A stretch of DNA of 64,000 bases, taken from the NCBI GenBank assembly GCA_008632985.1, contig QPGO01000153.1, positions 1-64,000 of the forward strand, in the 5' to 3' direction. Shown one piece after another: positions 46,331-59,924 of this stretch (the stretch's first letter is position 1; each line of letters starts with the position of its first letter). The notes under the pieces are model-generated. The model was given only the letters and a program-made list of their open reading frames with translations, ran no database searches and was not told where the DNA came from. The stretch comes from Psammoneis japonica (taxonomy: Eukaryota). The translations under genes and the position numbers were made by a program.

Positions 46331-47149
46331 GCCACTGGTGCACTTGTCTGCTCTCTTGCTTGTCACTTGTCGTTCAACCACAATGGCGACCATCGCGTCA
46401 ACTCAGGTGAAGTTGGGGAGGGGGATTTCGTTGTCGAAATGGAAAGTCCGAGAGGGGAAGTCAGAAGAGGAAGGAGCACAGGGGGAAAAAGAAAGTGACA
46501 GCACACGAGAAATGCTGGCAGCTGCAGGACACAACAGCGAGTCACACACAGCGATGCGTTCCCATTTGTCCAACTCAACCTCTTCTTCTTGCTCTTTGTG
46601 TCAGGCAAAGAAAATGGTGGATTCTTGAGGAAGAGACAAGTGCGCTTCATCTCTCATGTTCTCAAAGACATGCACCCCCCAGGGGAGGAGCGTTGTCGGA
46701 AAGTTTGCAGAAGGGGTCTCATCTTTTTCTTCAAGCAGCACATTTTGGATTTGAGCACCTCCGGGCCTTGAAGAAAGACAATGAACAACTCAATGAACTC
46801 ATGGAATTTTGGAAAGTGAGCAGCTGGAGGGGGGCAAAGAGGCCCTGAAATCGTTTTGCAAAAACCAAACAAACAAGCCTGCAAAGTTGTGGACAAAGGA
46901 GGGAGTGTGCAGCAACATGGAGGAATTCTTTCAGGAACTTTGTCATGACAACATTTGCAGCACTCTTCACAGCCTGTTTTGAAGCATCAATCCACAGCAA
47001 AGGGAAGAGCTCAAGCACCTGGCTGCAGCTTTGTGATGGGGGGAGTGCTTGAAAGTCTTGAGGCAGATGATCAAGGGCTTTGGGTGCACATCTTAAATGA
47101 AAATGCCAGGAGCTGATTCAGAATGTCAAGGAGAAATTGGCAGCTGCAA

Positions 47150-47400
47150 ACACTGACAATGCAAGCTCTTCATTGAATGAGAAGTGCAAAGATGGCGGTG
47201 CACTTGCTTGGTGGCAGCCAGAGACTCCTTTCAACTTGGCCAAAGAATGGCCATGTTGTTGCAAGCTGCCACTCACATCTGCCACAATCATGATTGCAAA
47301 ACCAAAAAAAACTTGCATCACCACAGAGTTCCTGCATGTCTGTCATTGATTTGGACAATCATCAGTGTGAACCACATCTTTTCAATGATTTGGTGGTGTG
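47150..47400 (+). pseudogene. Possible hAT transposase C-terminal dimerisation-domain remnant
   Basis: ALAWWQ...FNLAK...IMIAKP followed by a HIFS-like segment loosely resembles the hAT 'LxWW...LA...ERxFS' pattern. Heavily degenerate. Confidence 0.3.
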
Positions 47401-47969
47401 AACCAGGCAGCAGCATGTGCATTTTTGACTGGTGCTGCAAGTGAATGGCGCACATGCCGAGCTGCCAAGAATTCAAGAAAAAGACAGAAAACAACTGGCA
47501 CAACAATCAACAGGTTTTCTAGAATTTGAAATGGTGAGCGGCAAGCCAGTCCTCAACAAAACCAGCACTGGCACTTGATGCCATCACGGTGTTTGCTGGA
47601 CATGAGAGGTGCGACCACCAGAGCAGCTGGCTCCTTCTCAATCCAAAACATCTGTTTCTCATTTGTGCTGATGATGGTGAGCAAATTGCAGCAACACTTG
47701 GGTTGACAGATTGGTTTCACATTTTGCATTTGCAGCAGCACCTGTCTTTTTGCTGCATTTGCTGTCATGTGTTTCCTCATTGGCATCTCCAACGCTGAAG
47801 TTTTTGTGCTGCTTGCACCTTCTGTGCACTCAGCATGAGCACCCCAATGTTCCAACACACTTGTTTGCCCAAGTCATCAGTTGACTGACCTCACACACAT
47901 CAAGCACAGGAGGATGACACTTGGAAACCATGCCACCAAACACACTGTTGCATTGACTCCCATGGCCCA

Positions 47970-48470
47970 CATCATCTGACTCCGCTGATGAAATGACCGC
48001 TGTCAGGACAGCCCCTCCTTGTGTGTCCAACCTTGTTGTGCTTCCAGCATGCAACCTTCTTCTTGCCATTGTTTGGTGAACTTGTGCCCTCAGGTTTCTT
48101 GTCAGTCCTGCAGGTGCCCAACACCTGCAGGGCCTCCTTGGCCAAATTGGAGCATGTGTCAACCCCCAACATGAGCTGCCAATGCAGGTGGTCTTTCAAG
48201 ACATGCCAACAGCCCTCCTTGATGCCTTCCATTGGCATTGCAGCTGACAACTTGCTTGTCTCTTTCTCTGCTCTGGTTGTGTCATCAGCGCCCCTGCTGA
48301 GCCCATCTTCTTTCTTGGCAATTTCTTCAAATGATGATCCTGCCACAGGACATTTCAGCCATTTCCTTGGCCATGGTCACAAGCCAATCACAACAGTCTT
48401 GAAGTGTTTCTCCTTTGCATTGACAAATGAGCACCAACTGCTTCCAAGCTTCAACCACCTGTCAAAAAAA
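47970..48470 (-). pseudogene. Degenerate gag-like remnant (same family as 4700-5350) with a decayed CCHC zinc knuckle
   Basis: EEIAKKEDGLSRGADD...EALQVLGTCR...VACWKHNKVGHTRRGCP. DNA-level match to 4960-5310. Confidence 0.55.
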
Positions 48471-49150
48471 GGGATTTTTTCATGACTCTCCAGCAACACA
48501 GGCTGGAAAGCACCAAACCAGCACCAAAAGCCAACGGAAGACGCCCAATGTTGCCCAGCAACAAATGCATTGAGGAGGCTCTCTTTTTGGCAGCTTTGGC
48601 TGTTGCTTTTTGCAGGAGAACAAGAGGAGCTGCAGGGGGCAGCAATGTGTGCATGACAAATGGCCACACAGGTGCTTTGCTGTGTTTGTTGTTGGACAAC
48701 TGACCTTTGGCTGCATGGCTTTGCAGAGCTGCTGCAAAGAGGAGAAAACAGTTGTTGGCCCAGCTGCAGTCAAACAAGTGCATCTCTCACAACTGCAGCT
48801 GGCTCCAAGGCTCTTGTGCATGATTGATGCTTGTTGTGCAGTGCAGCTGCACTGAGTTTTGTGCAAGTGAGCAGCCAGCACACATCAAGGTCTGGGGTCA
48901 ACAAACTTGTTTGCCATGTCTTGACCTGCCCAGGCATGTGTGGCCACTCACAGATCACTGCAAGGTGTGCTGCCCATGCTTTCTTTTGTGAAGCAATGCA
49001 CCAATCTTTTTGGTTTCACAAGTTGTCTCCCCTCCATTGCACCAGGAGAGAGATGGCCAAAAATGGAAAATGGGGATGACCGCTGGTTTGTTCATCATGT
49101 CACAGAAGTGTGGCTTTGATGTTCATGCAGTCAACACAGCTGTCATGGCT

Positions 49151-49151
49151 C

Positions 49152-49186
<35 letters not shown>
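49151..49186. repeat. (CAA)12 microsatellite
   Basis: Read directly. Confidence 0.9.
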
Positions 49187-49679
49187 GAGCTCAGACTTGC
49201 AGGCTGGCACTTTGTTCAATTTTTTGCTGTCTAACTTGGGTTCCAGCACATGGCTGCCAATGACTCAATTGTTGTCCTCTGTGTGACCCACCTCCCCAAG
49301 ACACCGGTGGAGTGGTCATCAATGTGCAGATGGCAGATCATTCTCAGGTTGTGAGCTGTGCTTTGCTGCAGGCAAGTGGGCCCCCTCCACCACACAATGA
49401 AATGACCAAACAGTCATTGCATGACCTTGTTGATTCCAGCAGACAATGTTTTGAACAAGAGTGCTGTCACTCTGTCAAGGATGAGTGGGGTCAATGATGC
49501 AGCTGCATTCACTGCTCTTCTTGATGTCATTGATCAATGTGTTGTGTGTGGGAGTGGCACACCCTCCACTTGCGCATGACCTGCATGAGTTGCACCATCT
49601 GAAAAGTCAAACTGCATTTTTCAGAGCACAATGAACACATCCACAATGACCCCCATGAATGGCACCCACTCTAAAGCAA

Positions 49680-51189
49680 CATTGTTGTGGGAGAGGTGTT
49701 TAACTTCACCATCCTCCCAATCCACGTCGCAGCATTGCCGGATGGGAACATTTTTGCGCACGGCGCATCTGCGGAGGGAGAAAAATTTTGGAGAGATGCT
49801 CATTGTGAAGTCTGGCACACCGACTCTGGTGATCATGGCTTTGGAGAGAACCATGTCAGGTGCACATGTGAGGGAAATGTCAATGTCTTTTGCGCGACGC
49901 TGTCAATGGATGTGGCAACTGGAAACATTTTGATCCTGGGTGGCTTGGCAAGTGATGCACAGATGGCTGGCGAAGCAACAAAACCAATCGAGCCGCCTGG
50001 TCACAATGACGTTTTAGAGTTTGATGTTGGAACTCACAAGATTCGCAGGGACAGAAGGAAACATGACGCATGGATGACACTGCGCGACGAGCATCAACCT
50101 TCCAGATGAGGCACATTCATTGCAGGGGGCACGTCACACCAGAATTTGAAAATCACTGAAGTTGCAACAATTCATGAAATCTGGAATCCTGAACATGGCT
50201 TTCAAGCTTTGCCAGGAGCAGAAATGCTTGCCATGAGCAAAACGGAGGCCGAAACAGAGAACTCAGAGGATGCTTGGTGGCATCCTCACGTGCATGTCAA
50301 TTCGAAAGCAGACATTCTTGTCATGATTGCGGATGAATGTGACAACGAGATTTGTCGTGTGGGAGTGCATGGCAATGGATCGATTGAAATGGTGGGAACC
50401 AGACCTTTCAAGGGCCACAAGCTGGCTCCTTCCATCATGTACGATGTGGATCAAGTCGCAGTGATGGATGCTGAAGATGGAATGATGTGGTCGTGGAATG
50501 TTGCCAATGCCTCCAACTCGACCTTTGTAGCAAAAGCTCCTCTGTCAAAGCCACGTTTTAACGCTGCCATGACAATGCTGCCGGATGGTCAAGTCATGAT
50601 CAATGGTGGTTCGGGACTTTGGAGTGGCAAAGACATGGGTGCCAACAATCATGCCTTAAATCGCAGTGTGAAACATGCTGAAATGTGGGATCCTGTTACA
50701 AACACCATGATTGAGGGGGCAGAGCAAGATGTGCCACGCCTTTGTCACTCTTCTGGACTCATTGTGCCTGATGGATCGGTTTTTTCAGCAGGTGGAGGAG
50801 CACCGGGAGTTCTTGCCTCACCAAATGGCCAGGTCTGCTGTCCCGGCTGCTTGTTTGATGCACAGTCAGGAAATCCGGTGACCCATCCAACGATTGAGGC
50901 CTGTCCCAGCAATCTCACTTCTGGCATGACTTTTTCAATTGCTGCCAGTGGTGATCCATTGGATGTTCAAAAGGCAACAGCCACCAAGCCTGGCTCCATG
51001 ACGCATGCTCGTAACGGCGACGCTCGGTGGCTCGATCTTGCCCATGCAACAATTGGAACGGAGATGACTGTTTCCTTGCCAGATCAGAATGTGGCAGCAC
51101 CTGGTGTGTGGCATCTCAATGTCATTGACAACCAAGGAGTGCCATCCCATGCCCGTCTCATCATTTTGCGCAAGCCAGAACAAAATTAA
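49680..51189 (+). pseudogene. Galactose/glyoxal-oxidase-like (AA5 copper radical oxidase, kelch + C-terminal DUF1929/E-set) pseudogene
   Basis: PIHVAALPDG, NVFCA, MTHG*HCATSINLPD, LPDGQVMINGG, AEMWDP, VPRLCHSSGLIVPDGSVFSAGGG, GSMTH, PGVWHLNVIDNQGVPS. Internal stop at 50075, frameshifts, and both copper-ligand Tyr positions changed to Cys. Confidence 0.8.
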
Positions 51190-54100
51190 AAGCACTCGTG
51201 TGATGAACTTCAATCAGCGACAAAAATGGGCAGAAATGAGACCAAACAGTCAATCCCATTCAAATGTTTGATGATCGTAACACACAGCCATGACTTGCAA
51301 TTCACACTGAAGAGCCAGTGTTCAAGTGGAGAGAAGCAGCTATCCATCTCGCTCCAGAGGTGCAAAAACCGTCTGTTGTGTCCACATGCATGCTGCTCCA
51401 CGCGCTTTGATTGCGCACATCATCATGACAATCAGACGATCAGTCTTTTGTCACCTCTGCGCCAGCTGCTGGGCTCTCTCTCTGTGTGTGTGTGGTGTGT
51501 GCTGGCAGAGTGGTGATGGAGTGCTCTCACTGAGGCATTGCATCACATTTGCTGATGATGCATCTCTCCCACACTTCTCAAGTGCTCTCTCTCCATTTCC
51601 CACAGCCCCCCCCCGGTGTGACAAGCACACGTGTTCCAGGGGAGCAGCAGGCATGCCCGCTGCCCTGCTGCACAACACCTCACCCCAAACCCACTTGTTG
51701 GGACCACACACAGGTGCAGCCTGTCTTGCACATGGCTCAAGTGGGTGTGTCACCACCAAAGCATGCACTGCCCAGCAGCTGCAGGCTGCAGGGCTTTCAC
51801 GAAAGAGAGGGGCAGGAAAAGATGTGCACAAACAGCCAGGGAGCCAAAAGACACACCACACCATTGGCCAGCACTGCTGCAGCTTTTGCTTGTTGATGCA
51901 TGAGTGTTGCCAAGAAAACACTGTCTTTTGCCCCACACAAGCAGAGCTGCGATGACAAATGTCAGCAACAGGAGCTCAACACTGCAAAAAAAGAGTTGTG
52001 CTTGTGCTGTTCAACAGAGCTGAAAGCTCATTTTCAGTTTCAAGCCAACTTTGAAATTTGGAATTTGCAAAACAAATGCCCAAAATGTGCTGTTGTGTCC
52101 AAAAAACAGCATTGCCAAAAACAACATGTTGTGACAAACATCGTGCTGTTCTTGAGAGGAGTCATCCTGTGCAAGGGCACCACCAGATTGTGAGATGCCG
52201 CCCAATGAGTGCAGAGTTGTGTTCAACAACTCCAGCTCAGCTTTGTGTCTTCTTTGCATTTCTCCTCTTTTTGGAACCCACCTTCCCAAAAGTGTGTTTT
52301 TGGCCCTGTCTCCATTTGTTCTGTGTGCGCCAGGTGCTGTGTGCATGTGGACTTTTTCAGCTGCTCTGCTCTCCACACTCCACCTTGGCCAAGAAGCAAC
52401 AGCTGTTCACAAGAATTCCAGCAGGTCTTAAATGTTTGTCATGTCACACCCACCTGCTGATGGGTGGGCAGAATTCATGAGGCTGCACTTGTTGTTGCTG
52501 GCACAACACAAAAGATGAAAAAAGAGCAAGAAGAGAAGGAGGGCGGGGGAAGCTCGTGTGCTCTTTGTCTCCCAGTCACAGCCTGTGGCGCATGTTTTTG
52601 AAGCTGAGCTGGGAGGAGTGCACATTGCCCCTCATCTCTGGAGCCTGTGCCGGTAATGCACAACTTGCTCTAATCATCAGACACACGTCGGCAGGCTGGT
52701 GTCTTCAGTGTCCTCTTGCGCAGCTTCTGCCGTCTTCCCAGCAGCTGTGGGTCCCAACGTCATGCTTCCACGTGTGATCACAACCCCCCCATTTTTTACC
52801 AAAATGCATTTCCAGCCGACTAACATCATACTAATACAAAGTTCCCGATAACTTTTGGGGTCGCAAGTAGAGGGTTGCGTTAGTTGCAGAGCTATGACCA
52901 AAAATCGTCCCTCGCACTTTCACGTGCAACAAAGGTGTTCCGCGAAACGTTAGTTCCATTTTCAAATACCCGACACCATGAACAATACATACCCAATATA
53001 TTCTCGCAAGATCATTGTTTTAAAGGGTGGGAGACTGACAATGCTCATATCTTGTGTATTTTGTGGCTCTAGCCGGGATCAAAGTCTAGCTAATTCTACC
53101 AAAAATGTTGAGTCGAGTGGGTCATACGGGATTCAAGACACGTGACTCGCTGTACGATGAAGTGTTCTCGACACCGAGATTAGATGATAACATCAACACA
53201 AGACCTATTTCATGGCTATATTCTATTCTCTAATCCATGGCTGGCCTCGTGACAACTATATTTGACCTCTTTCATGCTATAGATAGGCCAAGTAATCCAT
53301 AAAAACTCATTACAAGCAACACACTCCTGTTTTCAGATTTAACATTTTTGTGTTTTTGCGATCAATCTAGAGAGTGTGTACAAGCAAGGGGGCACTTCCA
53401 TTACATAAATTTATTCTTCTATAGCAGAGTATCATCAATGTGTAACTTTGTCAACGTTGTTTGACTGCTTCTTTTCAACAGTACGCCAACTTCACTCTGC
53501 ATTTTTACTCCAAAATCCGACCCACGCCCCACCCTCTCCCACTCAAAAACACTGGCTGATCGCATTGCAGTTGCTTTATTAAAGTCTTGAAAAATATTCC
53601 TCTTGTCATTGGCGTTGCTAAAACGGGTTTGACGACGGGACTACGACATTGGATTCGTCGATGAGCTCACACGACGATTGACACTGTGAAAATTGGCTGC
53701 GTCTGCATGACAGTTGAGTGAGACAACAAGTAGTGAGACTTTGGCACAATGATAACACCATTTCGATTCTATATTACTTGCCTTTATATATCCGCCGGCT
53801 TTTACTCTCAGCGGGTGTCGAAAATCTGGCGAATGAGTGGTTGATGAAGACTCGGCACGTGACATGGCGTCACGAACGACTGAATTGGTATGTTTATCAA
53901 TAGCTCGCCACAAAATCAAAATCGTGGAGAACGTATTTAGATACCTATCCAAAAGATGCTAATTGATTATATGCCAAATACGTTCTCGCAGAATCGAAGG
54001 TTTAGATAACTTTCTTAGCGTCGCAATCATCACCATCGTCGGTGCGAGATTTGATCAAATTCCCCGCGATAGCACCGCGGTGATAGTCTGTACGCTCATC

Positions 54101-54412
54101 AGGAGCGCGCCTGCCACGCCAGTTTGGATTTACTTAAGGGTTGGGACCCATAGCAGCACACTCGAATTGGAAAAAATGATCGAGTGAGTCAATTTTTTTG
54201 AAATTTTGCATCGTGCACGCTCGCGTTGCACTTTCAATTTTTTGGACATGAAACGCCATCACTATTTGCATCGCGTCGGCCTCTTATTTTAGTAGTAGAC
54301 AGATCTAAGCCTACCTGCTGGATCTACTGGGTCGATCATCTCAGAGCGAGAGACTTGGGTTGCTGCTCACTGCACTCTGGTTGTCCTTGCTCTCTCCATA
54401 TATTATATTACC

Positions 54413-56190
54413 ATGTTTGATGAACTCCCCTGCAACGTGCAACACTCGGAGCAGCTCGAGCAATTGCCGTCCGAGTGCAAGAGCGGGAATCCTGAACGAC
54501 CGCTTCGCCATGTCGACGACCGAGGGAATGTTTATCACTATGCACTTCGTCCTTTGCAATACTCGGTGCTATTGATTTTGGTAGTGGAGCTCCTGGAGAG
54601 ATTTGCATTTTATGGTATCTATTACACACAAACACTCTATTTGACGGGAGTTTACAATAATGATTGGAATGCCGGTTTCACGTCGGTCGATGCCGCATCC
54701 TTTGTTTCCATTTCAACAGCTGTAGCCTACACAACGCCCTTTATGGAGCCATCTTGGCCGATACCGTACTTGGAGACTACAAGGCCATTGTTGTGGGTGC
54801 CTCACTCTTGTACTTGCCGGGACTCGCCTTGGTGGCACTCACAACCGTGCCTGGGTTGTTGGGTGAAACGTTCAACACGACGGCACTGGCCATTTCCATT
54901 TTGTTTCTGTGGCCCATGGGGACGGGTATTGTCAAGTCAGTGGTCAATGTTTTGGAGCCAAGCAGTTTCATCCACTCTTGCAGTCGGCGTCCATCGAGTC
55001 GTATTATGTGAATTTCTACACCAGCATCAACATTGGTGCCTTGGCAGGAATCACCATTCTCCCCACTCTTGCTCAAGAGCATGTCACAGTGGCATACACC
55101 ATTCCAGTGATACTGTTGGGTCTTGGTGTAGCGCTCTTTGTGATTGGTACACCGCGATATGTGATTGGACAGCCGCGAGGAGATTTGTTTTCCAAACACG
55201 CAAGACCCGCCATTCCGCTCACCACCATTTTTCGCATTTCGCTCTTGATTGTTCCCTTTTGCATTGCGTACTCGCAAATGCCAACCACCTTTATTGTTCA
55301 GGGCACCGTCATGAACAAGGCATTTGGGTTCATTGATGCGCAACCATGAATAGTCTCGATGCCATTTCGGTGTTGGTGTTTGGATATGTCACTGGATCGC
55401 ACCTGTATCCGCTCTCAACAAGCGCGGCATGAAATCCCAACCACGTACAAATTCGCATTGGATCCTTTTTGGGAGCGCTCTCCATTTTGTGGGCCTTGCA
55501 TGTCGAGTCTATGATTCATAGAGCCTACAGCAACACGGCACTCAAATCAGTGTTTTGTGGCAATCGCCGCAGTACATTCTCATTGGCTGTGGAGAAATCT
55601 TTGCCGTTTCGGCCGCCTACGAGGCTGCCTTTACGGCATCGTCACCGGAAACCGAAGGTGCTTGCCAGTGCCATTAATATTTTTTGTGTGGTGGCATTCC
55701 CAATGTGCTTTGTATCTTTTTGTATCAAGCCTGCAAGGGATGGTTTCGGAATAGCCGCGGTGACACCAACATTCAACACATTGACGACTACAGCACGGCT
55801 CATGTCTACAAGTACTTTTGGGTGCTTGTGGCCATTCTCGTGTTTGGAATTCTACTCAATACGCTATCCTTTGTCCGGGATTTTGTTAATTCGGTAGAGA
55901 AAAAAGCAGCCGACCTTGTCAAGACTCCGGTCCTTCGCAAGCCGGACGAGGAGACGCCCTTGTTGCAAAAGCGATTTGGCAGTGGACCCGTCTTGCTCAA
56001 AATGGGTTCCATGCGTGCGGGACCGTCGCTCAGTCACAAGCAATCCAAGGAGTTGCACATTAGTCGCAAGGATTTACCCAAGCTCTACCGAGCGGGAGAA
56101 AAGCGTGGAAAGCCCTGTTATAAACTCAACCGTGAAGAAGAACATGTCGGGCCAGAAGTGTTTAGTTTGAATCGTCGCGACACACAATAG
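54413..56190 (+). CDS. POT/PTR (NPF) family proton-coupled peptide/nitrate transporter, with several single-base frameshifts
   Basis: ELLERFAFYG motif, GAILADTVLGDYKAI, GTGIVKSVVNVFGAKQF, FYTSINIGAL, YSQMPTTFIVQG, distributed over consecutive frames. Probably intact with assembly indels, or a recent pseudogene. Confidence 0.8.
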
Positions 56191-56369
56191 ACACGATAAA
56201 CAATATAGACTTTTTTAGAGAAATCTGTGGAATTAACTTTGACAACTAAAACATATAATATGGCAATATGGCTTTTACTCGGCCACTCAGATTCATAGAA
56301 CGGCCCTAATCTACTACTTCTTTCTCTTGATACATCTCATTTCCCCGTGTGCGCAAAGCCAGATTCGTC

Positions 56370-59223
56370 CTACCTGTAGCACCGATTGCAACAATTGCAG
56401 GTAATACCACCACCTGGTAAGCAGTCGCCAACAAGATGCTTTGGTTTCCCGGTACCACCCTTGTCACAGAGGTTGTCGGGAACATGACCGGTAAAGTTGT
56501 TTTTAAAGAAATGGAATGAATCTATACGTCGTACAAGAGCAAAATGCAAGTGGTTAGGGACGGAAATGACAGAACACAGCAGTCGGACTAAAAGTAACTC
56601 ACGGAGGTGTTCCAGTGTCCCAATTGCTCCAGGAATGGTTCCTGTCATTCGATTTCCTTCGACGCGGATGATTTCTATAAAACACGTTTGAAACGAGGCA
56701 AGCAATACGTTGAGCATGCTATTTGAGGAAACAGAGGCCAATCTCACATTGACAAGGCCCAACACGTACCGAGGTCTTCAAGAAAGAAGAATTCTTCGGG
56801 GAGAGGCCCAGAGATCTTGTTGTGTGGGATTTCAAAATCGGCTAGAAGAAGAAAGGGACGATTCGAAAGTCAGCAAGAAGTTCCAAGGCAGCTAATACAG
56901 CATGTTTTTTGTTGAAGTACTTACTCAAGGAGGACATTGTCTCAATTGTAGGTGGGATTGTACTAGTCAACTGGTTGAATCCAATCGTGAAGATTTCTGC
57001 AATAGTTTAAAAAGGAAATAAGATGCCGAGTGAGAAGACGAGTAATAGTAGATATATCAAGAGGTTCCACGCATGCTCCTTACTTAGATTCGAGAGTAGT
57101 CCCACTTCCGAAGGAATACTTCCATGAAGCTGTTGCGGAGGAGAGAACATACTAAGGATTAGTCCACTCGTATTATTGCGATGCCTATGACAAGCACACC
57201 CCATTTTACCTTGTTATTGCGAAGATTCAATTGAGCTAGTTTTTGATAGCGGGAGAAAAAAATCAAAGGAGTTGAGAAATCGGGCGATGAGGTGCAGCTG
57301 ATAGCGAAACCTTCGCGACTTACTTAGTGTACTCATGTCTCCATACTCCGATGGGATGGTACCTTTAAAATCATTGTCGTCCAGTTGAAGTATTTCTTTG
57401 CCACGGTGTAGAGAAAGAAGAAGAGATAAGAGAGCATGATCGCAATAAAACAAGAGAGAGGTAGAAAACTGGGCAGATTCACTCACCAATGTGGCTCTTG
57501 CCTTCCATCGTTGGCATTTGTCCCGAAAGCATGTTGACGCCAAGGTTTAAGATACCTACCAGGTAACGAAAAAGAAGCAGAAAGAGCAAAAATCTGAATG
57601 AGCGACCACAGCAGGTAGCAACTTGAAAACAATAAGACTTCGGCAGCATCTTACGCAAAAGCTTCAAAGCTTCGAAGCTAGACGGGACAGACCCATTCAA
57701 CTCGTTATTGCCTAGATCCAATTCATGGAGCTCCAAACATCTACCAAGGCTCTCCGGTAGGCCGCCAGAGAATCTATTATCATGAAGATTCAGGGTTACT
57801 GTACAGGCAACAGGGAAGACCAAAACCAAGCATTGAGAGCCATTGTGTCGGGCTCAAGGTTTAAGCACAAGCATTGTCACTTACTGAGATCTTCGAGGTC
57901 TCCCAAACTCTCCGGAATGGTTCCAAAGAGCGAGTTTCCTCCGAGTTTCAATGTTCTCAAACGATTGAGGGCCTTCAATTCGGATGGGATGTACCCTTCG
58001 ACATTGTTGCTCCTTAAATCCAAATGAACAATGTTCATGTTGTTGTCCGATGACTCTTCGAGGTCATAGATATTGTCCACACAACCAACTCCGTACCATT
58101 CGCAGACGCCCTTGTCAGTCATCCAGTTATCACTTGATTTCCACTGAATCATTTCTTCCTCCTCAGTCGCAGCGGCGACCGCAGCTTGGGGAGGGTGTCG
58201 TGATTCATAATCCGCAGCGGCAACATAGGTTCCAAAAAACAATGTTGCCAGAGCGTATCTTTGCAGCATTCCAAGTGATTCTGGGCGGACATGAGCTATA
58301 TCATTTTCCACCACCCAACGAAGTGCCTTATTCTGATAAGAGGAGTGATCATCCAAGTCATTCACGCTGGTCAAGTTTGCATCAAGAATGTATCGACGAA
58401 TATCTTCATAGCGCTCTGGATCGGACGGAACCAACGGATGATGCGGAACTCCTGTTCCGGGAGGCAAGGTTGGATGTGGACGAGCTTGATCCGAACTCTG
58501 GCTACTTCCTCCACCAGTGGTTGACACAGCAATCGCGACAATGGCGATAACAATTGCGGCCAACAAACCCAAAACAATGAGTTTCTGCCTCCTGGTGTAG
58601 CCCACCCATATGTCAATAATATGATCACCAACATTGGAACATGCGAAAGCTAGTCCCTGCCAGCACGACAGAAAATACCCACCAATCGATGAGACAATCG
58701 GGTTGGGATTATTTTGTGCTTGAAGACTGGCATTTCCGACGCTGTGTGGACCACTAGAATGTCTCCTTTTCCCATAAGCGCTGTTTAAGTCAACGTTGGC
58801 ATAGGCATCGTCCTCACCACGAATAATTGACCCGGTATCCCAATCATCCTTCATGCTCCCCAAACCGGACCCGGACCCTGCAGTGCTAGGACGGTTGAAC
58901 ATTATCTTTTGATCTGCAAACGTATCCTGCTCCTCGTCTGGATCATCGTCTTCGTAACCATCTTCATCATGCAAGAAACGACGAGCACTCTTCAGGTTAA
59001 AAACAAAGAAAGCAGCGATTTGTGTTAGTCTTTCAAATACCACGACTAGAAATGAACAGATATCGCTCGAGTTCCGAACAAGGACACTTACCTCAAAAGC
59101 TTCACGGTTGTGTTCCGAGGTCAATCGCCCAGAGGAATGTGACGAGTTCAATCGTTCCTCCTCTCCCAAACCGTTCGCTTTACTTGCATAGTTGGCTTTC
59201 GCTTGTTCAAACGAGTCGGACAT
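56370..59223 (-). CDS. Type-II membrane LRR protein (paralog 4), multi-exon
   Basis: Intron 1 at 58990-59091 followed by SARRFLHDE. TM LIVLGLLAAIVIAIVAIAV. Cap QRYALATLFFGT...NWMT...CEWYGVGC. LRR exons. C-terminal DC...CNCCNRCYR. Confidence 0.85.
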
Positions 59224-59924
59224 GTCGGGCAGTAAAGAAAAGGTTCGGAAAATGGGAAAGTCGGTATCTCGATTCCTTCCCCACTTGATAGGCTTAGTAA
59301 GTGCAACAACAGGAACACGATGCTTCTCCGATATGCCAGGAATAACAAACAGTGATGATATCCGTCAAAACGCCTCTATGTTTGAAGCAACAACGTCAAG
59401 GTAGGTTCGAAAGCGGAAGAGTTTGAGTGAACATGAAACATGATGCGGGATGGTAAAGAGGCGCCAAAAAGAAAATTTATTATTATTTATGCCCAGGTCA
59501 TGCTGGGTATCTTGAAGGTCATTCAGATAAAAATTATAATATTAATTCACATATAGTAATAATGAAAATATTTAAGGTTAATTATATCTACAGTTTCTTA
59601 TAAAGTAATTTTTTTGTTAATGACTCCAATATTTTTTCGAAAATGCTCCAAGGACGACGGACGAAAAGAGGACCAGTTCGGGTCGCGTCGATAGATACGA
59701 TCGATAGGCTACTACAGTTTAGCTAGCTAGCTAGTAGTAGGTCTCTAGCTAGTAGCAGTCGGTGTTAACAATGTAGATAAAACTTCGAGTGTTTTCAGAG
59801 AAAAAGAGAGCTTCATTCGTATACAACATCTGGTATGTAATGTAGTAGCTTCCCTTCTGTCTCAGAACTGCTACTATAAGCGAATAGACTATGCACGTTG
59901 TTTCTGTAACACCGCGATGCTCTC

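Larger units (their letters stand above)
46330..52780. mobile_element. Decayed repeat domain 4 (TpA- and CpG-depleted), containing nested TE remnants and a trapped gene
   Basis: Same compositional signature over ~6.5 kb. Boundaries are approximate. Confidence 0.65.

Noticed and set aside
1560..52780. Fungal-type RIP as the cause of the depleted domains
   Set aside because: RIP converts CpA to TpA and so enriches TpA. Here TpA is lost and CpA/TpG gained, and a linked duplication is unaffected.
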